A stretch of DNA of 64,000 nt, taken from assembly GCA_030390025.1 (NCBI GenBank), contig CM059431.1:132620001-132684000 (forward strand), in the 5' to 3' direction. Made by a program: the position numbers and the translations under genes. The DNA comes from Squalus acanthias. Taxonomy: Eukaryota. The notes beneath the pieces are model-generated. The model saw only the letters and a list, made by a program, of their open reading frames with translations. It had not been told where the DNA came from and did not search any database. Shown here piece after piece: positions 1-14,400 of the stretch (its first letter is position 1; every line of letters begins with the position of its first letter).

Positions 1-1860
1 CCTGGCAGCACACTCTCCAAATGTCCCAGAGGATGGAGAAGTCCAGCTCAAACATTTGATATCTCAGGCTTTTCCAAAGATACAATCTTCCATTGAGACT
101 GGCCTCCTCTATGGAAGTTGAATCTCGGCACATTAACGAGTCTCTGCAGGCCCAGACGGCAGCCTTGCAAACGATGAACACCAACACCAACATGTCTACT
201 GCGTTACACAGGCTAGCAGATAGATTAGACGTGGGCTTCCAAGGTCTCACTGATCTCCTCCAAGCTGCTCTCCCACAGAGAGGCAGGGGTGATGTGCCGC
301 TGGCCTAAGAGAGGGACATACAAGGGCAAACTCCTCTCAAAGCGTTTGCATGTCTCAACTGTGCCCATCCCTCAACCAGTACTCGACATGCTGCCTCCTC
401 TCCCGCTGGCCCAGTCTGCCCCTGCACAAGTGCAGGTGGAGCAGTCATTGGCGGATTCCTCACGGGCTCCAATATCCAGAACTCTCTGCTCCGAGCACCT
501 CAAAAGTCAGAGCAGGGATCAGAGCAGCCTGCCACTACCTCTGCTGAAGCCACAGCAGGGATTGCACCACGTAGAAATGCCAGACAGAGAAAAAGAAAAA
601 GAAAAAGGAAAAGCTTTATAGTTTACCATGGGTACGCACATGGGTGTTTTTGAATATGTTAATGTGGTTAATTTCTTAAATCAAATTAAATTTATTACTT
701 TGCACCACTTTCCCGTATTCCCCATTCTTGAACGGCGAGTGTCAACTCTGCTTTTCATCTGTTTGGTGCTGAATGTGAAGACACCAATTGGTGGATGTGA
801 AACGAGTGGATGGAAGGTTACAGGACTGCTTGTGTAACTGGTTGGGGGGGGGGGGGGGGTGGGGGAGGAGAGTGGCAGTGGATATTATAGTTACTTTGAT
901 CCAGTGAGAGTGACTAGCTGAACCTTTGCACTATTAGGGCATCTAGAGCAGCAATGTGATCGGCTGGTCTGGCGGTGCACCTCATTTGAATCCTCATCAG
1001 ATGTGGAGTGCCGAGTGGCTCGTTTCTCCTGCACCTCGAGTCCTCAGTGCTGTGCAGAACACAGCACATCCTGGGGACCCTTGCTGGTGAGTACTGAAGA
1101 AAAAAAATGGACTACTCTTGCACGTGATGCAAGTATTCATAGAGCCCCAAACCTGTCCAGGCACCTGAAGTGCAACTTGAGCAGGCCCTCTTAAGAGGCT
1201 ACAGATTTCTGCAACTACACGATGTGACAATCTCAGCCTTCAAAATCACTGCTCCTCCGTCAGGTCAAGGAAGCTGAGCCTTTTCTGTAGACCTCGTTAG
1301 GTGAGTAGTGCCTCCTTCGACCTCGACCCCTCTGTTGCTGCCTTCTCTGATGGCCACCTACAGCTCCCTCAACAGCACGCCATTGCTGCTGTTGATCCTC
1401 ATCTTCTTCCGAAGTCCAATCAAAAGCAGCCATGGCACCACCCATCATGAGCTTCTCCATCTGAACAACTCAAAACTCTCCAAATCACTCTCTCAGACCA
1501 GATACTCTCACCAAACCATGTCCCAGAGGGAACTTAGAAAGCAGCTGTGAGCACTGAACCTTTATTCAAATTGAGTCTCCTGACCTTTAACCACCCCGAT
1601 AAAGTGCCGCTCAATTTCACCTCGGTTTCAATGCTGAGTTTCCCAAACCCCGGGAAACCCATGCAGCAGCTGTTAATTCCAAATCGGGCTCCCAATCGCG
1701 TTATAAGATTCAATTTTCATATGTTAATGACTGTCCCACCTCTCCACAGCGGGATACTCGGGTGCCCCTATATCCAGGTGCGTGTGCGGTGGGTTAGGGT
1801 CGCGCTACTCGTATTTCACTGTTTAACCCCGACCCTCATCAGAACTGCAAATTCCGGGCC
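1..1860 (-). mobile_element. PIF/Harbinger DNA transposon, partial and internally deleted
   Basis: Minus-strand transposase N-terminal remnants (RRRHYSPNEVYR, VVAEICSLL); plus-strand 1-620 resembles the C-terminus of the accessory Myb/SANT protein; TIR-like end gcaaattccgggcc at 1847-1860. Confidence 0.6.
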
Positions 1861-2924
1861 TGTAACTGTAAAACCACTTTGTACCAATGCTATAGGTATA
1901 ACGTAAATGCACCTTAGAACGATCTATTGCAAATTAATGGTGAACAACAATTACTTATGAATACTTACATCATGTGCAAGAGTAGTCCATTTTTTTTTAA
2001 ATAGTGGAGAAGACAGTAAAGTCTGGGTGGTTCATTGCTCTTTCAGCAGATGCAAGCTTTGTAAGTCGTACTAAAACCCAGACGTGAAGGACTTCCAGTT
2101 GAGTGAACAAAGAATTGGTGATTCCCTCTGCATGCAACCTCAGGAATGCTACCTTGATCAACTTCAAAGCTTGCACCCACCAGGCTGTCTGAATTTCAAT
2201 GCTAAATTAATAACCCAATGCCTGATTAAAAGAACATTTTTTAAAAAGTTTAACATATTAAAGAATGGCATAGAAAAAAAGATATTTTTGAATTTAGGAA
2301 AAAGTATTAAAAACTATGTTTGAATTTAGCTTTGTAACTTTTTAAAAAAAAATTCTGCAAGTAAAGGGAATTAAACCCAAGTAGCCTGGGAATTAGTGGC
2401 TAGCTCTCTCAAGTAACCTCCAGAGGAAAACTCTTTTCAAACCTGCACAGCATCACTTCCAAGATATCCACTACACTTTTATTTTAAGTGTCTGTGTCAC
2501 ATTTCCATAAGCTTGAAGTAAGGAATGGAGTCTGGGCCATTTATATGCTCTCTCTCCATTCTGCCTCAAATGGAAACATTACAGAGGGTTTAATTAGTAG
2601 CTAATAGATAGGCACTGTGACTGCTAATGTAAAAGATGCATCTGTTTGCCTTTTCCTGGGGAGTTGAGAGGGAGGAGAATGTGGTGAGAGACTGGGAACA
2701 CTGGGAGACACGAAAACTAGTCAGGTACTGTTGCTCATTTTATGATCCTCTTTAAATAAAATGTTTTTTGGAATGCGTTTGCACCTCTTTTAAAGGTGGA
2801 GAAGGGTCCACATCGAAATAGCGATCACCAAGCTATTAAAGTCCTGTGGCACACATCGATCAGCTGGATGGGGAATGGGTAGGAGAAGACGTAGAGGGAA
2901 GCATAGATCAAGAAGGAAAAAAAC

Positions 2925-3820
2925 TAAAATAGTGGTAAACAGTGAGGATGATACCAATCGACTGCAACAGGACATAGAAAGGCTAGCAGAATGGGCAGAC
3001 AAGTGGCAGATGGAATTTAATACAGAGAAGTGAGGTGATGCATTTTGGCAGAAGGAACAGGGAGAGGCAATATACACTTAATGGCACAGTTTTAAAGAGT
3101 GTGCAGGGACAGAGGGACCTGGGAGTTAATGTGCATAGGTCCCTGAAGGTGGCAGGACATATTGAGAGAGTGGTTAGCAAAGCATATGGGATCTTGGGCT
3201 TCATAAATAGAGGTAGAGTACAAAAGTAGAGAAGTTATGCTGAACCTTTATAAAGTGCTGGTTAGGCCACAACTGGAGTATTGCGTCCAGTTCTGGTCAC
3301 CACACTTTCGGAAGGATGTGAAGGCCCTTGAGAGGGTGCAGAGGAGATTTACCAGAATGGTTCTGGGGATGGGGGATCTTAGCTACAAGGACAGGTTGGA
3401 GAAGCTGGATTTGTTTTCATTAGAGCAAAGGAGGCTGAGGGGCGATTTGATAGAAGTGTACAAGATTATGACAGGTTTGGATAGGCTAGACGGGGAAAGG
3501 CTGTTTCCACTAGTTGATGGTGCAAGGACTAGGGGACACAGATTTAAGGTTTTGGGCAAGAGATACAGGGAGGATGTGAGGAAAAACCTTTTTACGCAGC
3601 AAGTGGTGATGACCTGGAATTCACTGCCAACGGAAGTGGTGGAGGCAGAGACACTCAATGTTTTCAAGGGGAGACTGGATAGGCACTTGAGGGAAAACAA
3701 ACTTGCAGGGCTACGGGGATAGAGCGGGGGAATGGAACTGACTGGATTGCTCTACAGAGAGCCAGCATGGACTCGATGGGCCGAATGGCCTCCTTCTGTG
3801 CCGTTATGACTATGACTCTA
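2925..3820 (+). mobile_element. CR1 LINE 3' fragment
   Basis: WADKWQMEFN, LVRPQLEYCVQFWSP, RRLRGDLIEVYKI motifs; 3' tail (atgact)n. Confidence 0.9.
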
Positions 3821-5434
3821 GTAGAAGCAATGAGAGGTTGGAAGCATGGATGGACCATTATATATTTTGCCAAGAGATTAAATCCCTGTGTTCACTCGCA
3901 TTATTTCCAGAGAGGCAAGACTGGCATTCACAAATGCAAACATTAGCTTGAAGGCATGTACTAAAATTAGTTAATATATTGAACTCTGATGACGTAGCAA
4001 TATATGATCAAATGAAACAAGTCTGAGGAAAGTTATCTATGCTATTGTACTAATAGTTCTTGAAAATATTATTAATCCTTAATTTTTCAAAAATTACAAT
4101 AAAATTCTGTTCACATACTTAATCGGTAAATAGATTCGGTGTAGCTTTTACAGTGAGCAATAATGGAACTCATTCAGTACTCACCATCTCAATAGTTAAA
4201 CATTATGGATTTCACCAGTTAGCCAGCCAGCCACTTAGTTGGTAGCTCTAGTTAATCAAAGAACTTGATGCCAGATCACTCACTTAGCTGCAACTACATT
4301 GAAGACAGACGTTCATTATGATGACTGAATAAAATTAAAGTGGGAACAGTTACTTAAGCCTTTCTTTAAAAACCTGAAATGTACATATGAATGGCTGCAT
4401 TCACAGGATGAAGTATTACTAGACTTTTATTTAAGATAATGGGATACTGGCAGCTAAAGGACTACAAACTCCCCAGTTGACATTGTAACTTTCTTTGCTC
4501 TTATAAGAACAAAAGCCATTTTCCTGCTCAGTCATATCATGTAATCTTTTAAAGGAGAGTCGGATTTCCCAAATTGTTCTCACCTAAATTAACAGCAACG
4601 TTTGTTGCAGAAATGCCAGAATTATTTAAAGCATTTTTACTTTACCACGTCAAATTCAGGCTAGGAGATCCTGCTTTTGGGAGAGCAACTGTTGTCTGCC
4701 ATTCTTCTACATTTACACTTGGGGTTGGGATCCAGTTTCCGTAGGCATGTTGGACTCCATTGTGAAGACCAAGGGCAAAAATATCCAAAATCATTTCATT
4801 GTGATTCAATCAAATCGGTGACCTTAACCAAATGGCATATTCATCACCCTAGATTTTTGTGACTGTAATGTTGTTGGTTACCAAGTTGTTTACTCTATGT
4901 AATGCAACTGATGTAGGGAGAACCACAGATATACCATCATCTCCACTCCTGTAGTATAAATGCACTATAACATTTAATCTGGATCTTGGAAGAGTGACAC
5001 CAAACTGAACTCCATGCATTTATACTATCCTTTGCCTCCACTCTTCTGTAGGCCTCCTGAAAGGGAGGGGGGTGGGGGTGGGAAAGAGAATGAATGTAGC
5101 AAGGGTTGCAAACTTATGCTGAGCCATACTAATATCATGGCGCTATATTGCATCATGACACAAGTTTGTTGATGCACTGAATGCCACCAGAGAAGATCAT
5201 TATTGTGACAGATCAGGGGAAGTAGGAAAAAGTGGGTTTCCACTGCTGCTGGTTATGTGGAAGCCAGGTCATTTACATTTGTATGCATCAACAATGGCAC
5301 AAAAACCTCTGTCAGCAGTTGATGGAACTCCAAGGTAAAAATGCCTTTAGTGTACTTAAGTCACAGAACAATTTATCACACAGGAAAAAAAAAATCTAAT
5401 TTCCTATTATACCTCTGACTATATATGCACACTA

Positions 5435-6126
5435 ACCTCCCCTTGACATTCAACGCCATTACCATCGCCGAATCCCCACCATCAACATCCTGGGGGTCAC
5501 CATTGACCAGAAACTTAACTGGACCAGCCACATAAATACTGTGGCAACAAGAGCAGGTCAGAGGCTAGGTATTCTGCAGTGAGTGTCTCACCTTCTGACT
5601 CCCCAAAGCCTTTCCACCATCTACAAGGCACAAGTAAGGAGTGTGATGGAATACTCTCCACTTGCCTGGATGAGTGCAGCTCCAACAACACTCAAGAAGC
5701 TAGACATCATCCAGGACAAAGCAGCCCGCTTGATTGGCAGCCCATCCACCACCTTAAACATTCACTCCCTCCACCACCGGTGTACCATGGCTGCTGTGTG
5801 TACCATCTACAAGATGCACTGCAGCAACTCGCCAAGGCTACCACCTAGAAGGACAAGGGCAGCAGCCGCATGGGAACACCACCACCTCCAAGTTCCCCTC
5901 CAAGTCACACACCATCCTGACTTGGAAGTATATCGCCATTCCTTCATCGTCGCAGAGTCAAAATCCTGGAACTCCCGACCTAATAGCACTGTGGGAGTAC
6001 CTTCACCACACGGACTGCAGCAGTTCAAGAAGGCGGCTCACCACCACCTTCTCAAGGGCAATTAGGGATGGTCAATAAATGCTGGCCTTGCCAGTGACGC
6101 CCACATCCCATAAACGAATAAAAAAG
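5435..6126 (+). mobile_element. CR1/L2-group LINE, second family, 3' fragment
   Basis: YKAQVRSVMEYSPLAW RT C-terminus; A-rich tail; highly similar copies at 30832 and 48275. Confidence 0.85.
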
Positions 6127-6856
6127 AAATCTCTTAAAATACAAGTATCGTATAGGAAAAAGTTAACCTTTCTTGTATCTAAAGTGACATGGCATTCAGC
6201 ATTCTAATTTAAATTTAAAAAAAATCAACATCTCTGTTCCCCAACAATGACTTTCATTTTAGATCTCCTAATGCAACTTCAAAAAAACTAGCGGACAAGC
6301 TAAAAATGTGTGCACTTTTGACTATGCAGAATAATATTCAACAATTTCAACTGAAAGAGTGGAGAATTTCTCAAAATAGTACATCTATTTGTAACAAAAT
6401 GCACTAATACTTAAAGCCCTATTATAATTGATGAATGGGTGGGACGAGGTGGCAGAGTTTACATTTATACCTGCAACTCTATACCTGGCAAGTTTTTGTT
6501 CCCCCCCCAACCATCACTAAAAAAAAAAGCAAAAAAACCCCTGGGAAAATCTGAAACCCCCCCCAGAAATTGCTGCACTCAGCATATCTGGTAATATCTG
6601 TGCGGACCAGAGACAAGTTAATGTTTTGAGTGCAAATTCTCAAACCCTCCCCCCGGAGTTGTAGTATTGGAGGAGGAAACCAAGCACTGCTCTTTCCACA
6701 CCACGTCACTCATACATACCTCCCAGTGGCTAGATCAGGTTGGCATTGAAGGTACTGGAAAGTAGATCACCTGCCCAATTTCAATCAGGGTGAGGTAAAA
6801 GTTAAGAAAATTGTTTGGGAAACCCAGCAAGACCAGTCCATCTCAATTTAACTTAC

Positions 6857-7022
6857 CAGAAGAACTAACTCCTTGGCAAGTTGAATGACTGACATCCCAA
6901 AATTTGTGCCGACGTTGTAGATCTCACCGGGTTCACCCTTCTCAAGAATTGTGAGGAATGCCTCGGCGACATCCGTAGCATAGAGAAAATTACGTGTTTG
7001 AACTCCCATTCCATGAATGCAG
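6857..7022 (-). CDS. TGDS: TGDS exon 9 (gene presumably continues left of the window)
   Basis: [55 protein letters not shown]; 166 nt; GTAAGT donor. Confidence 0.96.
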
Positions 7023-7248
7023 CTAACAGGAGGAAAAGAATGATTGGTTTCCAAAAATGAAGTTATCCTGTAATATGAATTTGTTTCTAAATTTTACTGA
7101 TCTTTTGAATATTTATGCTACTTGATACACAATAAGTATGATATAGCCCATCCAAGGCTGTAGATAAAGATGCTCCTGGCCAAGTCTCCTTATCTGGCTT
7201 AGTTAGTGGCATTTTTGAACATTTATAGACTTCTGTGCATTATCCCAG

Positions 7249-7705
7249 GTGTCAGCCTTGACTCAGTGGTAGCACTTTCACCTCAGAGTCAGAAGATTGT
7301 GGGTTCATATCCCACACCAAAGACTTGAGCACATAATCTAGGCTGACACTTCAGCACAGTGCTAAGGAAGTGCCTTACTGTAGGAGGTGCCATCTTTCAG
7401 ATGAGACGTTAAACCAAGTTAGCCCCATCTGCTATCTTAACTGGAAGTAAAAGATCCCAAGGCACTATTAGAAGAGGAGCAGGGAAGTTCTCCCTGTGTC
7501 CTGGCCAATATTTATCCCTCAACCAACATCACTAAAAAACAGATTATCTGGTCATTAAGATTTGTAGGACCTTGCTGTGTACAAATTGGCCAATGCATTT
7601 TTCTATATTACCAATGTGACTACAGACAATAATGTACTTTTGAAGTGTAAAGCACTTTGGGACGTCATGTGGTTGTGAAAGGCACTATATAAATGCAGGT
7701 TATTA
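7249..7705 (+). mobile_element. tRNA-derived SINE (DeuSINE/SacSINE1-like)
   Basis: A/B-box-like head (actcagtggtagc...gggttcatatccc), core ctggccaatatttatccctcaacc, L2-like tail gcactatataaatgcag. Confidence 0.75.
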
Positions 7706-7759
7706 TTTTGTACTTTGGTCTGAGAAATGTTATGGCAGAGATCCTGTAAGACAAGCTAG

Positions 7760-8597
7760 CTCTATTGTGTTTGTCTTTCCATTAAACAACATGATAAAGT
7801 TCCACACAAGATTAGTAGCAAAAATGAAAGTGCACGGAATTGGAGGTAGCCTTGTGACATAGGTTGGTAATTGGTTGAGAAGTAGGAGACAGAAAGTAGG
7901 AATAAAGGCAATGTATTCTGATTGGATGGATGTGACAAGTGGTGTTTCCCAGAAATCTGCACTGGGGACTCAGCTTTTCACCATATATATCAATGATCTG
8001 AATGAAGGTACAGAGAGTTGTATTTCTCAGTTTGTAGATGACAATAGGTTAGGAGGCATAATCTGTTACAAATGGACATAGACAGATTCAGTGAGTGGGC
8101 AAAACTGTGGCAGATGGAGTTCAATGTGGGGAAGTGCATGATCATCCACGTTAGATCCAAAAAAGACAAATTGGAATTTTTTCTTAACCGTGAGAAACTA
8201 GGAGCTGTGGAAGAGCAAAAAAGGATTTGGGTGTCCATGTACACAAATCACTAAAATCTAGTGCACAGGTACAAAAAGTAATCAAAAGGGCTAACTGAAT
8301 GTTGGCCTTTATCTCAAAAGGGACTGGAATACAAAAGGGAGGAAGCTATGCTTCAGCTGGGCAGAGCTCGATCAGACCCCATCTAGAGTACTGCGTTCAG
8401 TTTTGGGCCCACCACAAGAAGGAATAATTGACCTTGGAGGGGGTGTAGAGCAGATGCACCAGAATTATACCAGGGCTTAAAGGGTTAAATTATGACGACA
8501 GGTTGCATAAACTTGGCTTGTATTCCCTCGAGTTTAGAAAGTTGAGGGGAGATCTAATCAAGGTATTTAAAATGATAAAGGGATTTGATAAGGTAGA
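7760..8597 (+). mobile_element. CR1 LINE, outer layer of the nest; resumes at about 16110-16265
   Basis: RT motifs SGVSQKSALG, FVDDN, WQMEFNVGKC; breaks at gataaggtaga and resumes gggtagatacagaaaaact. Confidence 0.8.
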
Positions 8598-10201
8598 ATC
8601 ATACAGCACAGAAGGGGGCCGTTTAGCCCGTCGTACATGTAACCCTGCAAATTAGTTCTCTTCAAATACATGTCCAATTGCCTTTTGAAAGTTCCTATGC
8701 AATCTGATTCCACCAACCTTTCAGGTAGTGCGTTCCGGATCGTAACAACCTTCTGTGTAAAATAATTTTTCCTCATTTCCCCTCTAGTTCTTTTGCCATT
8801 TATTTTAAATCTATGACCTTTAGTTACCAACCCACTTGCCAGAGGAAACAGTTTCTCCCTACATGCTCTATCAAAATCCCTCAATTTTGAATACCTCTAT
8901 TAGGTCTCCGTTAAGCTTCTCTGCTCTTAAGGAGAACAATCCCCACTTCTCCGATCTCTCCATATAACTGAAGTCCCTTATCCCAGATATCATCCTGGTA
9001 CACCTCCTCTGTAACCTCGCCAAGGCCTTGACATCCTTCTTAAAAGTGTGGTGCCCAGAATTGTACACAATACTCCAGCTGAGGCCTAACCAGTAATTTG
9101 TAAAGGGATTAGCATGACTTCTTTGCTTTTGTGTTCAATGCCATTATTTACAAAGACAAGTATCCCATACGCTTTCTTATCTGCCATATCAACTTCCCCA
9201 GCGACCTTCAAAGATTTGTGAATATGCATCCCCAGGTACCTCTGCTCTTGCAGCACCCTCAAATTAGTACAATTTAGATTATACTGCCTCTCCAAAGCTT
9301 TCTCCCAAAGTGCATCACTTCACACTTATCCACATTAAACTGCATCTAATATGTATTTGCCCATTTCACCAGTCTGTCTATATCCTCGTGACATCTGCTA
9401 CTATCCTGTTCACTACTTATTACATTGTCAAGTTTTGTATCATCCGCAACTTCGAAATTGTACTACCTATACCCAACTCCAGGTCATTTATATACAAGAA
9501 AAGCAATGGTCCCAATACTGACCTCTGGGGGACCCCACTGCATACTTCTCTCCAGTCAGAAAACATCCGTTCACCACTGCTCTCCACCTGCTATCCCTTA
9601 GCCAATTACGTACCCAAGTTACCACCGTCCCTTTAAGACCATGTGCTTCTATTTTCTGAATAGGTCTGTTACACGGTACTTTAACAAATACCTTCTGAAA
9701 GTCCATCGGCGAGAAATTGGGTTCGCTAACGCCCATTTTTTGGCCCTTAGAGCTCCAAAATGGTGTCTGCGGTGTGCGCGCACTTGCGGGGCAAATCACG
9801 CCGGACGCCATATTGGTGCAGGAGTTAGCGTGCGTGCAGTGAACATCCAGAGGTTTGCAGAGCAGGCAGATCATGACGTCAACCAGCGCTGTCATTTAAA
9901 CCTCAACGCGTCAGCCAACTCCCTCTCAACCTCGCACAGCTGAACACGCGTTCAACAGCAGGAAGGACCTCCCACCAGTGCTATTTAACAGGATCATAAA
10001 CTACTTACAGGTTAGTTGCGAGTTGATTTCTTCTAGCTGTTGCTACGATTCTACAAGTATTTGGTGATTTCTATAGTTGTTTTAAGTTGCAAAAGTCTAC
10101 AGGAAGTGGTGTGGCAGGAGCTGAAGGACTTTTTGCTGACTTCAAGGCTTCTGTACAAACCAGTTGCTCCCAGACATGGGTGCACTTAGTAGGCATTCCC
10201 T

Positions 10202-11289
10202 TTGGAATACAGCATGACTTGGAGGCCACGCAGAGCAGGAAAAGCTGCTGGAAGAGGAAGGAGGAGGAGGAGGAGAAGGGCTCTCAGCAGGAGGCCATAT
10301 CCGCCCAGGGTGTTCATGGAGCAATTCTCCTACTTGAACCTCTGCGAGGAACAATGTGTGAGACGTCTGCGCTTCAGTAAGGAGGTCTTCAGTGAAATCT
10401 GCCACTTGCTGCAGCCACAACGGCAATCTCACAGTAGGACACGGACTGCATTGCCAGTGGCTTTGAAGGTGACTGTGGCGATGAAGTTTTATGCATCTGG
10501 CTCCTTCCAAGCTGGAGATATTTGCAACATCTTGCAGTTTGCTGTCCACTGTTGCATAAGGGAGGTCACTGAGGCTCTCTATTCAAAGAGAGCTAACTAC
10601 ATTTTATTCTCTTGCCAGAGACAAGCAGGCGGAGCGAGCACGCGGCTTCACTAGGTTTGCAGGCTTCTCCATGGTGCAGGGTGCCATTGACTGCATGCAC
10701 AGCGCTTTGCGGCCGCCACATGTCAACTCTGCAATATACCAGAACTGAAAGGAATTCCACTCCCTCAACGTCCAGCTGGTGTGTGACCATAGGCAGCAAG
10801 TTATGCAGGTCAATGCCTGGTATCCTGGCAGCAGTCATGATACCTTCATTCTGTGGCAGGCCGCTGTGCCGGCTGCATTTGAGCCACCATGGTAAACCAA
10901 AGGGTGGCTACTGGCCGACAAATGCTATCCGCTGACTACATGGCATATGATTCTGGTGTGTAACCACGCACACAAGCGCAGCATGCATACAATGAAGGCC
11001 CTGCTGCCACATAAAATGTGAGAGCAGACCACTAGCATGCTGAAACAACGCTTCCGCTGCCTGGACCGCTCTGCTGTATTCTGCAGAACGTGTGTCAAGA
11101 TTCGTGGTGGTCTGCCAACATGAGGGCACAGCCCTTGCCACCAGCTATACACGAGCAGCTGAGGAGCTGGAGCAGGAGTACGAGGAGGAAGAGGAGGTTT
11201 TGGAGGAAGAAGAGGGGGGGAGGCAACCTAGACAGCACCTTTCTGCCCGGGCTGTCCATAAAGAACTCATCCAAGTGCGATACCAGTAA
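10202..11289 (+). pseudogene. Harbinger (HARBI1-like) DDE transposase, frameshifted
   Basis: CVRRLRFSKE, LPVALKVTVAMKFYASGSFQ, VQGAIDC, HSLNVQLVCDH, LKQRFRCLDRS spread over several frames. Confidence 0.88.
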
Positions 11290-11409
11290 CTGCAATCCCA
11301 ATTCCCCAACCTTATCTTCCTTGTCACTGACCATCACAGCGATTGCTTGCAAAAATGCAAAGATAAAAGCCACCACAAAATAAATTTCAAACCAAATTTA
11401 TAAATGAGA

Positions 11410-14400
11410 TTATGCCATATTGCATACAAAAGTCAACAAATCACCCTTGTACATTCCCTTAGTGCCTGTATCCTGTGTGCCTTTGCCTGTCCTAGTGCTC
11501 CAACGCAGTGCTACCCCGTTGGCTGCAGCATGGCTGGTGGAAGGCTGCTGACTTTCAGTGGAGGAGACTGCAGATGGCCTTGGAGGATGACCTAGAGTAG
11601 CTCTTGGCTGAGAAGGCCCGGCTGCGACTGCACCATCTTGACATTGACAGCAGCAGTCTGGGCTGGCTGGCTGACACGCAACAGCAAGGGCACTGGTGGA
11701 GTGGCAGGAAGAATTCTGTTTTCCTGAGAGGGGACAGCAGGTTTGTGCTCCATGGAGCCACTGCCACTCCCCTGGGGCGCGCCTCAGCAATCCTAGCAAT
11801 CTGTTGGAAGACAGATTGCTGGACTGCTGTGAAAGCACATTTTCACACTGTAATCCACAGCCATGATGGCAGCAGTCTGAGCTTGCATAGCAGCAAGCTG
11901 ACCTTGCATGACAGCAGTCTGAGCTTCCACTAAAGCACTCATACGGTGGGTGGCTGCTGCTTGTGCTGCAATGGAAGCTGCAATACTGGCCATCAGACGC
12001 TGCATCATGGTTGGGTCCACCAGTGTGTGAACGGTGTTAGCCACCACTTCTATGCTGGAAAGGACGGGCTCCAAGCTCTGCGCAAAGCCCTGTGCCAAGT
12101 TGGTGCTGGTCTCCTCCAAGCTCCTCGACATTGACCACAGGCTTTCTGGCAGGCTTCTAAATGCACCAAGCATTTTGGTTTTGTATACCCATCAGCATTC
12201 TTCTGTAGGCTGCCCCATTGAAATCCTCATCCGAGTCCTCTGCAGAGGAACCCGTCTGTAACCTCACCCTCCAGCGAACTGGCACCAGCACTATCCTTTC
12301 CCTATGCCTTGGCTGCAGCCCACTCGTGCCTGGTGTCTCACCATGTGCAGATCCCACCTCTGATCTATCTTCTAAGATATGCGCAGTGTCAGTATCTCAG
12401 TTGGTAGTTGCGAGTGTGAAATCGAGTGACAGTGCTGTCTCTTCATCATCACTCTCTTGTTGGTGTTCATCCAGGTTGCACCTCTTTGGTATCTGAAAGG
12501 AAAAAGGCACATGGGTAAGGTTGTGGTGCGGGGAGCAGGGGGTGGGGGAAGGAAGAGGTGTATGCTTATACCATCTGCAGCTTGTAAATCAGAAGAGGGT
12601 GTGGGATAAGGGGGAAGTGGGATGTGAGAAAGAGGACACTGTCATTGTCGATGGTTTCAGGCCCGCCACTGCCCACGGTTTTAGCAATGGCCATCCCAAT
12701 AATGGCCAGTGTCTCCTCCATGGGGGTTAGGACATGCAGGCATGCCTGTCCCCTCCGGTTAGCACCTGCTCCCTCAGTTTGTGCGCCACCTTGTCCTGCA
12801 AGAGAGAGAGAAGTATGTCAGTGAATGTCGTACAATCTGTTTGGCTGATGTGGCTGTCATGGTTGAATTGCTGGCAGTGTGTGCAAGCTGTGAGATGTGG
12901 ATATGAAGCTTGCAGCAGTGCTAAGTGTGTGAGAGTAAGGTGAAGCTATGAATGTTAGATATGAGGCATGATTGCTAAGAGATTGTTGGTGGGCGAGTGA
13001 TGGGGATGTGGTGATTTGAGCAGTGGCTAAGGCTACTGGTGCAATTGGTAGGAAATGGCATTTGAAGATGTAGATAAATCACCAGGCCCGGATAAAATGT
13101 ATCCCAGGCTGTTAAGAGAAGCAAGGGAGGAAATAGCGGAGGCTCTGACCATCATTTTCCAATCCTCTCTGGCTACAGGTGTGGTGCCGGAGGACTGCCA
13201 ACGTTGTACCGTTGTACAAAAAGGGAGAAAGGGATAGACCGAGTAATTACAGGCCAGTCAGCCTAACCTCGGCAAATTATTGGAAAAAATTCTGAGGGAC
13301 AGTATTAGTCGTCATTTAGAAAGACATGGATTAATCAAGGACAGTCAGCATGGATTTGTTAAGGGACTAACTTGAGTGAATTTTTGAGTAGGGTCGATAA
13401 GGGTAGCACATTTGATGTGGTCTACATGGATTTTAGCAAGGCCTTTGACATGGTCCCACATGGCTTTTACTTTTCTGACCAGTCTGCCCATGGGATCCAA
13501 GGGAAAGTGGCAAGTTGGATCCAAAACTGGTTCAGTGGCAGGAAGCAAAGGGTAATGGTCGACGGGTGGTTCTGTGACTGGAAGGCTGTTTCCAGTGGGG
13601 TTCTGCAGGGCTCAGTACTAGGTCCCTTGCTTTTTGTGGTATATATTTAGACTTCAATGTAGGGGATAAGATTAAGAAGTTTGCAGATGATACAAAAATT
13701 GGCTGTGTGGTTGATAATGAGGAAGAAAGCTGTAGACTGCAGGAAGATATCAATGGACTGGTCAGGTGGGCAGAAAAGTGGCAAATGGAATTCAATCCAG
13801 AGAAGTGTGAGGTAATGCATTTGGGGAGGGCTAACAAGGCAAGGGAATACTCAATAAATGGTAGGATACTGAGAAGTGTAGAGGAACAGAGGGACCTTGG
13901 AGTGCATGTCTACAGATCCCTGAAGGTAGCAGGACAGGTAGATAAGGCAGTTAAGAAGGCATACGGGATATTTTCCTTTATTAGCTGAGGCATAGAATAT
14001 AAAAGCAGAGAGATTACGCTTGAGCTGTATAAAACACTAGTTAGGCCACAGCTAGAGTACTGCGTACAGTTCTGGTCACAACATTACAGGAAAGATGTGC
14101 TTACACTAGAGAGGGCACAGAGGAGATTTCTGAGGATGTTGCCAGAACTGGAGAATTTTAGTTATGAGGAAATATTGGAGAGGCTGGGGTTGTTTTCTTT
14201 GGAACAGAAGAGGCTGAGGGGAGACTTAATTGAGGTGTATAAAATTATGAGAGGCCTAGATAGAGTGGGGATAGGAAGGACCTATTTCCCTTAGCAGAGA
14301 GGTCAATAACCAGGGGGCATAGATTTAAAGTAATTGGTAGAAGGATTAGAGGGGAGTGGAGGAGAACTTTTTTCACCCAGAGGGTGGTGGGGGTCTGAAC

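Noticed and set aside
1963..2070. Candidate TGDS exon 10 (minus-strand GTAAGT donor near 1968)
   Set aside because: Translation does not resemble the expected IKET...WVDYVNDR segment
7249..7330. tRNA gene
   Set aside because: tRNA-like head continues into a SINE body found several times in the window; no full cloverleaf
10202..11289. Host HARBI1 gene
   Set aside because: Multiple frameshifts and stops; lies inside a TIR/TSD-bounded element inserted in a CR1
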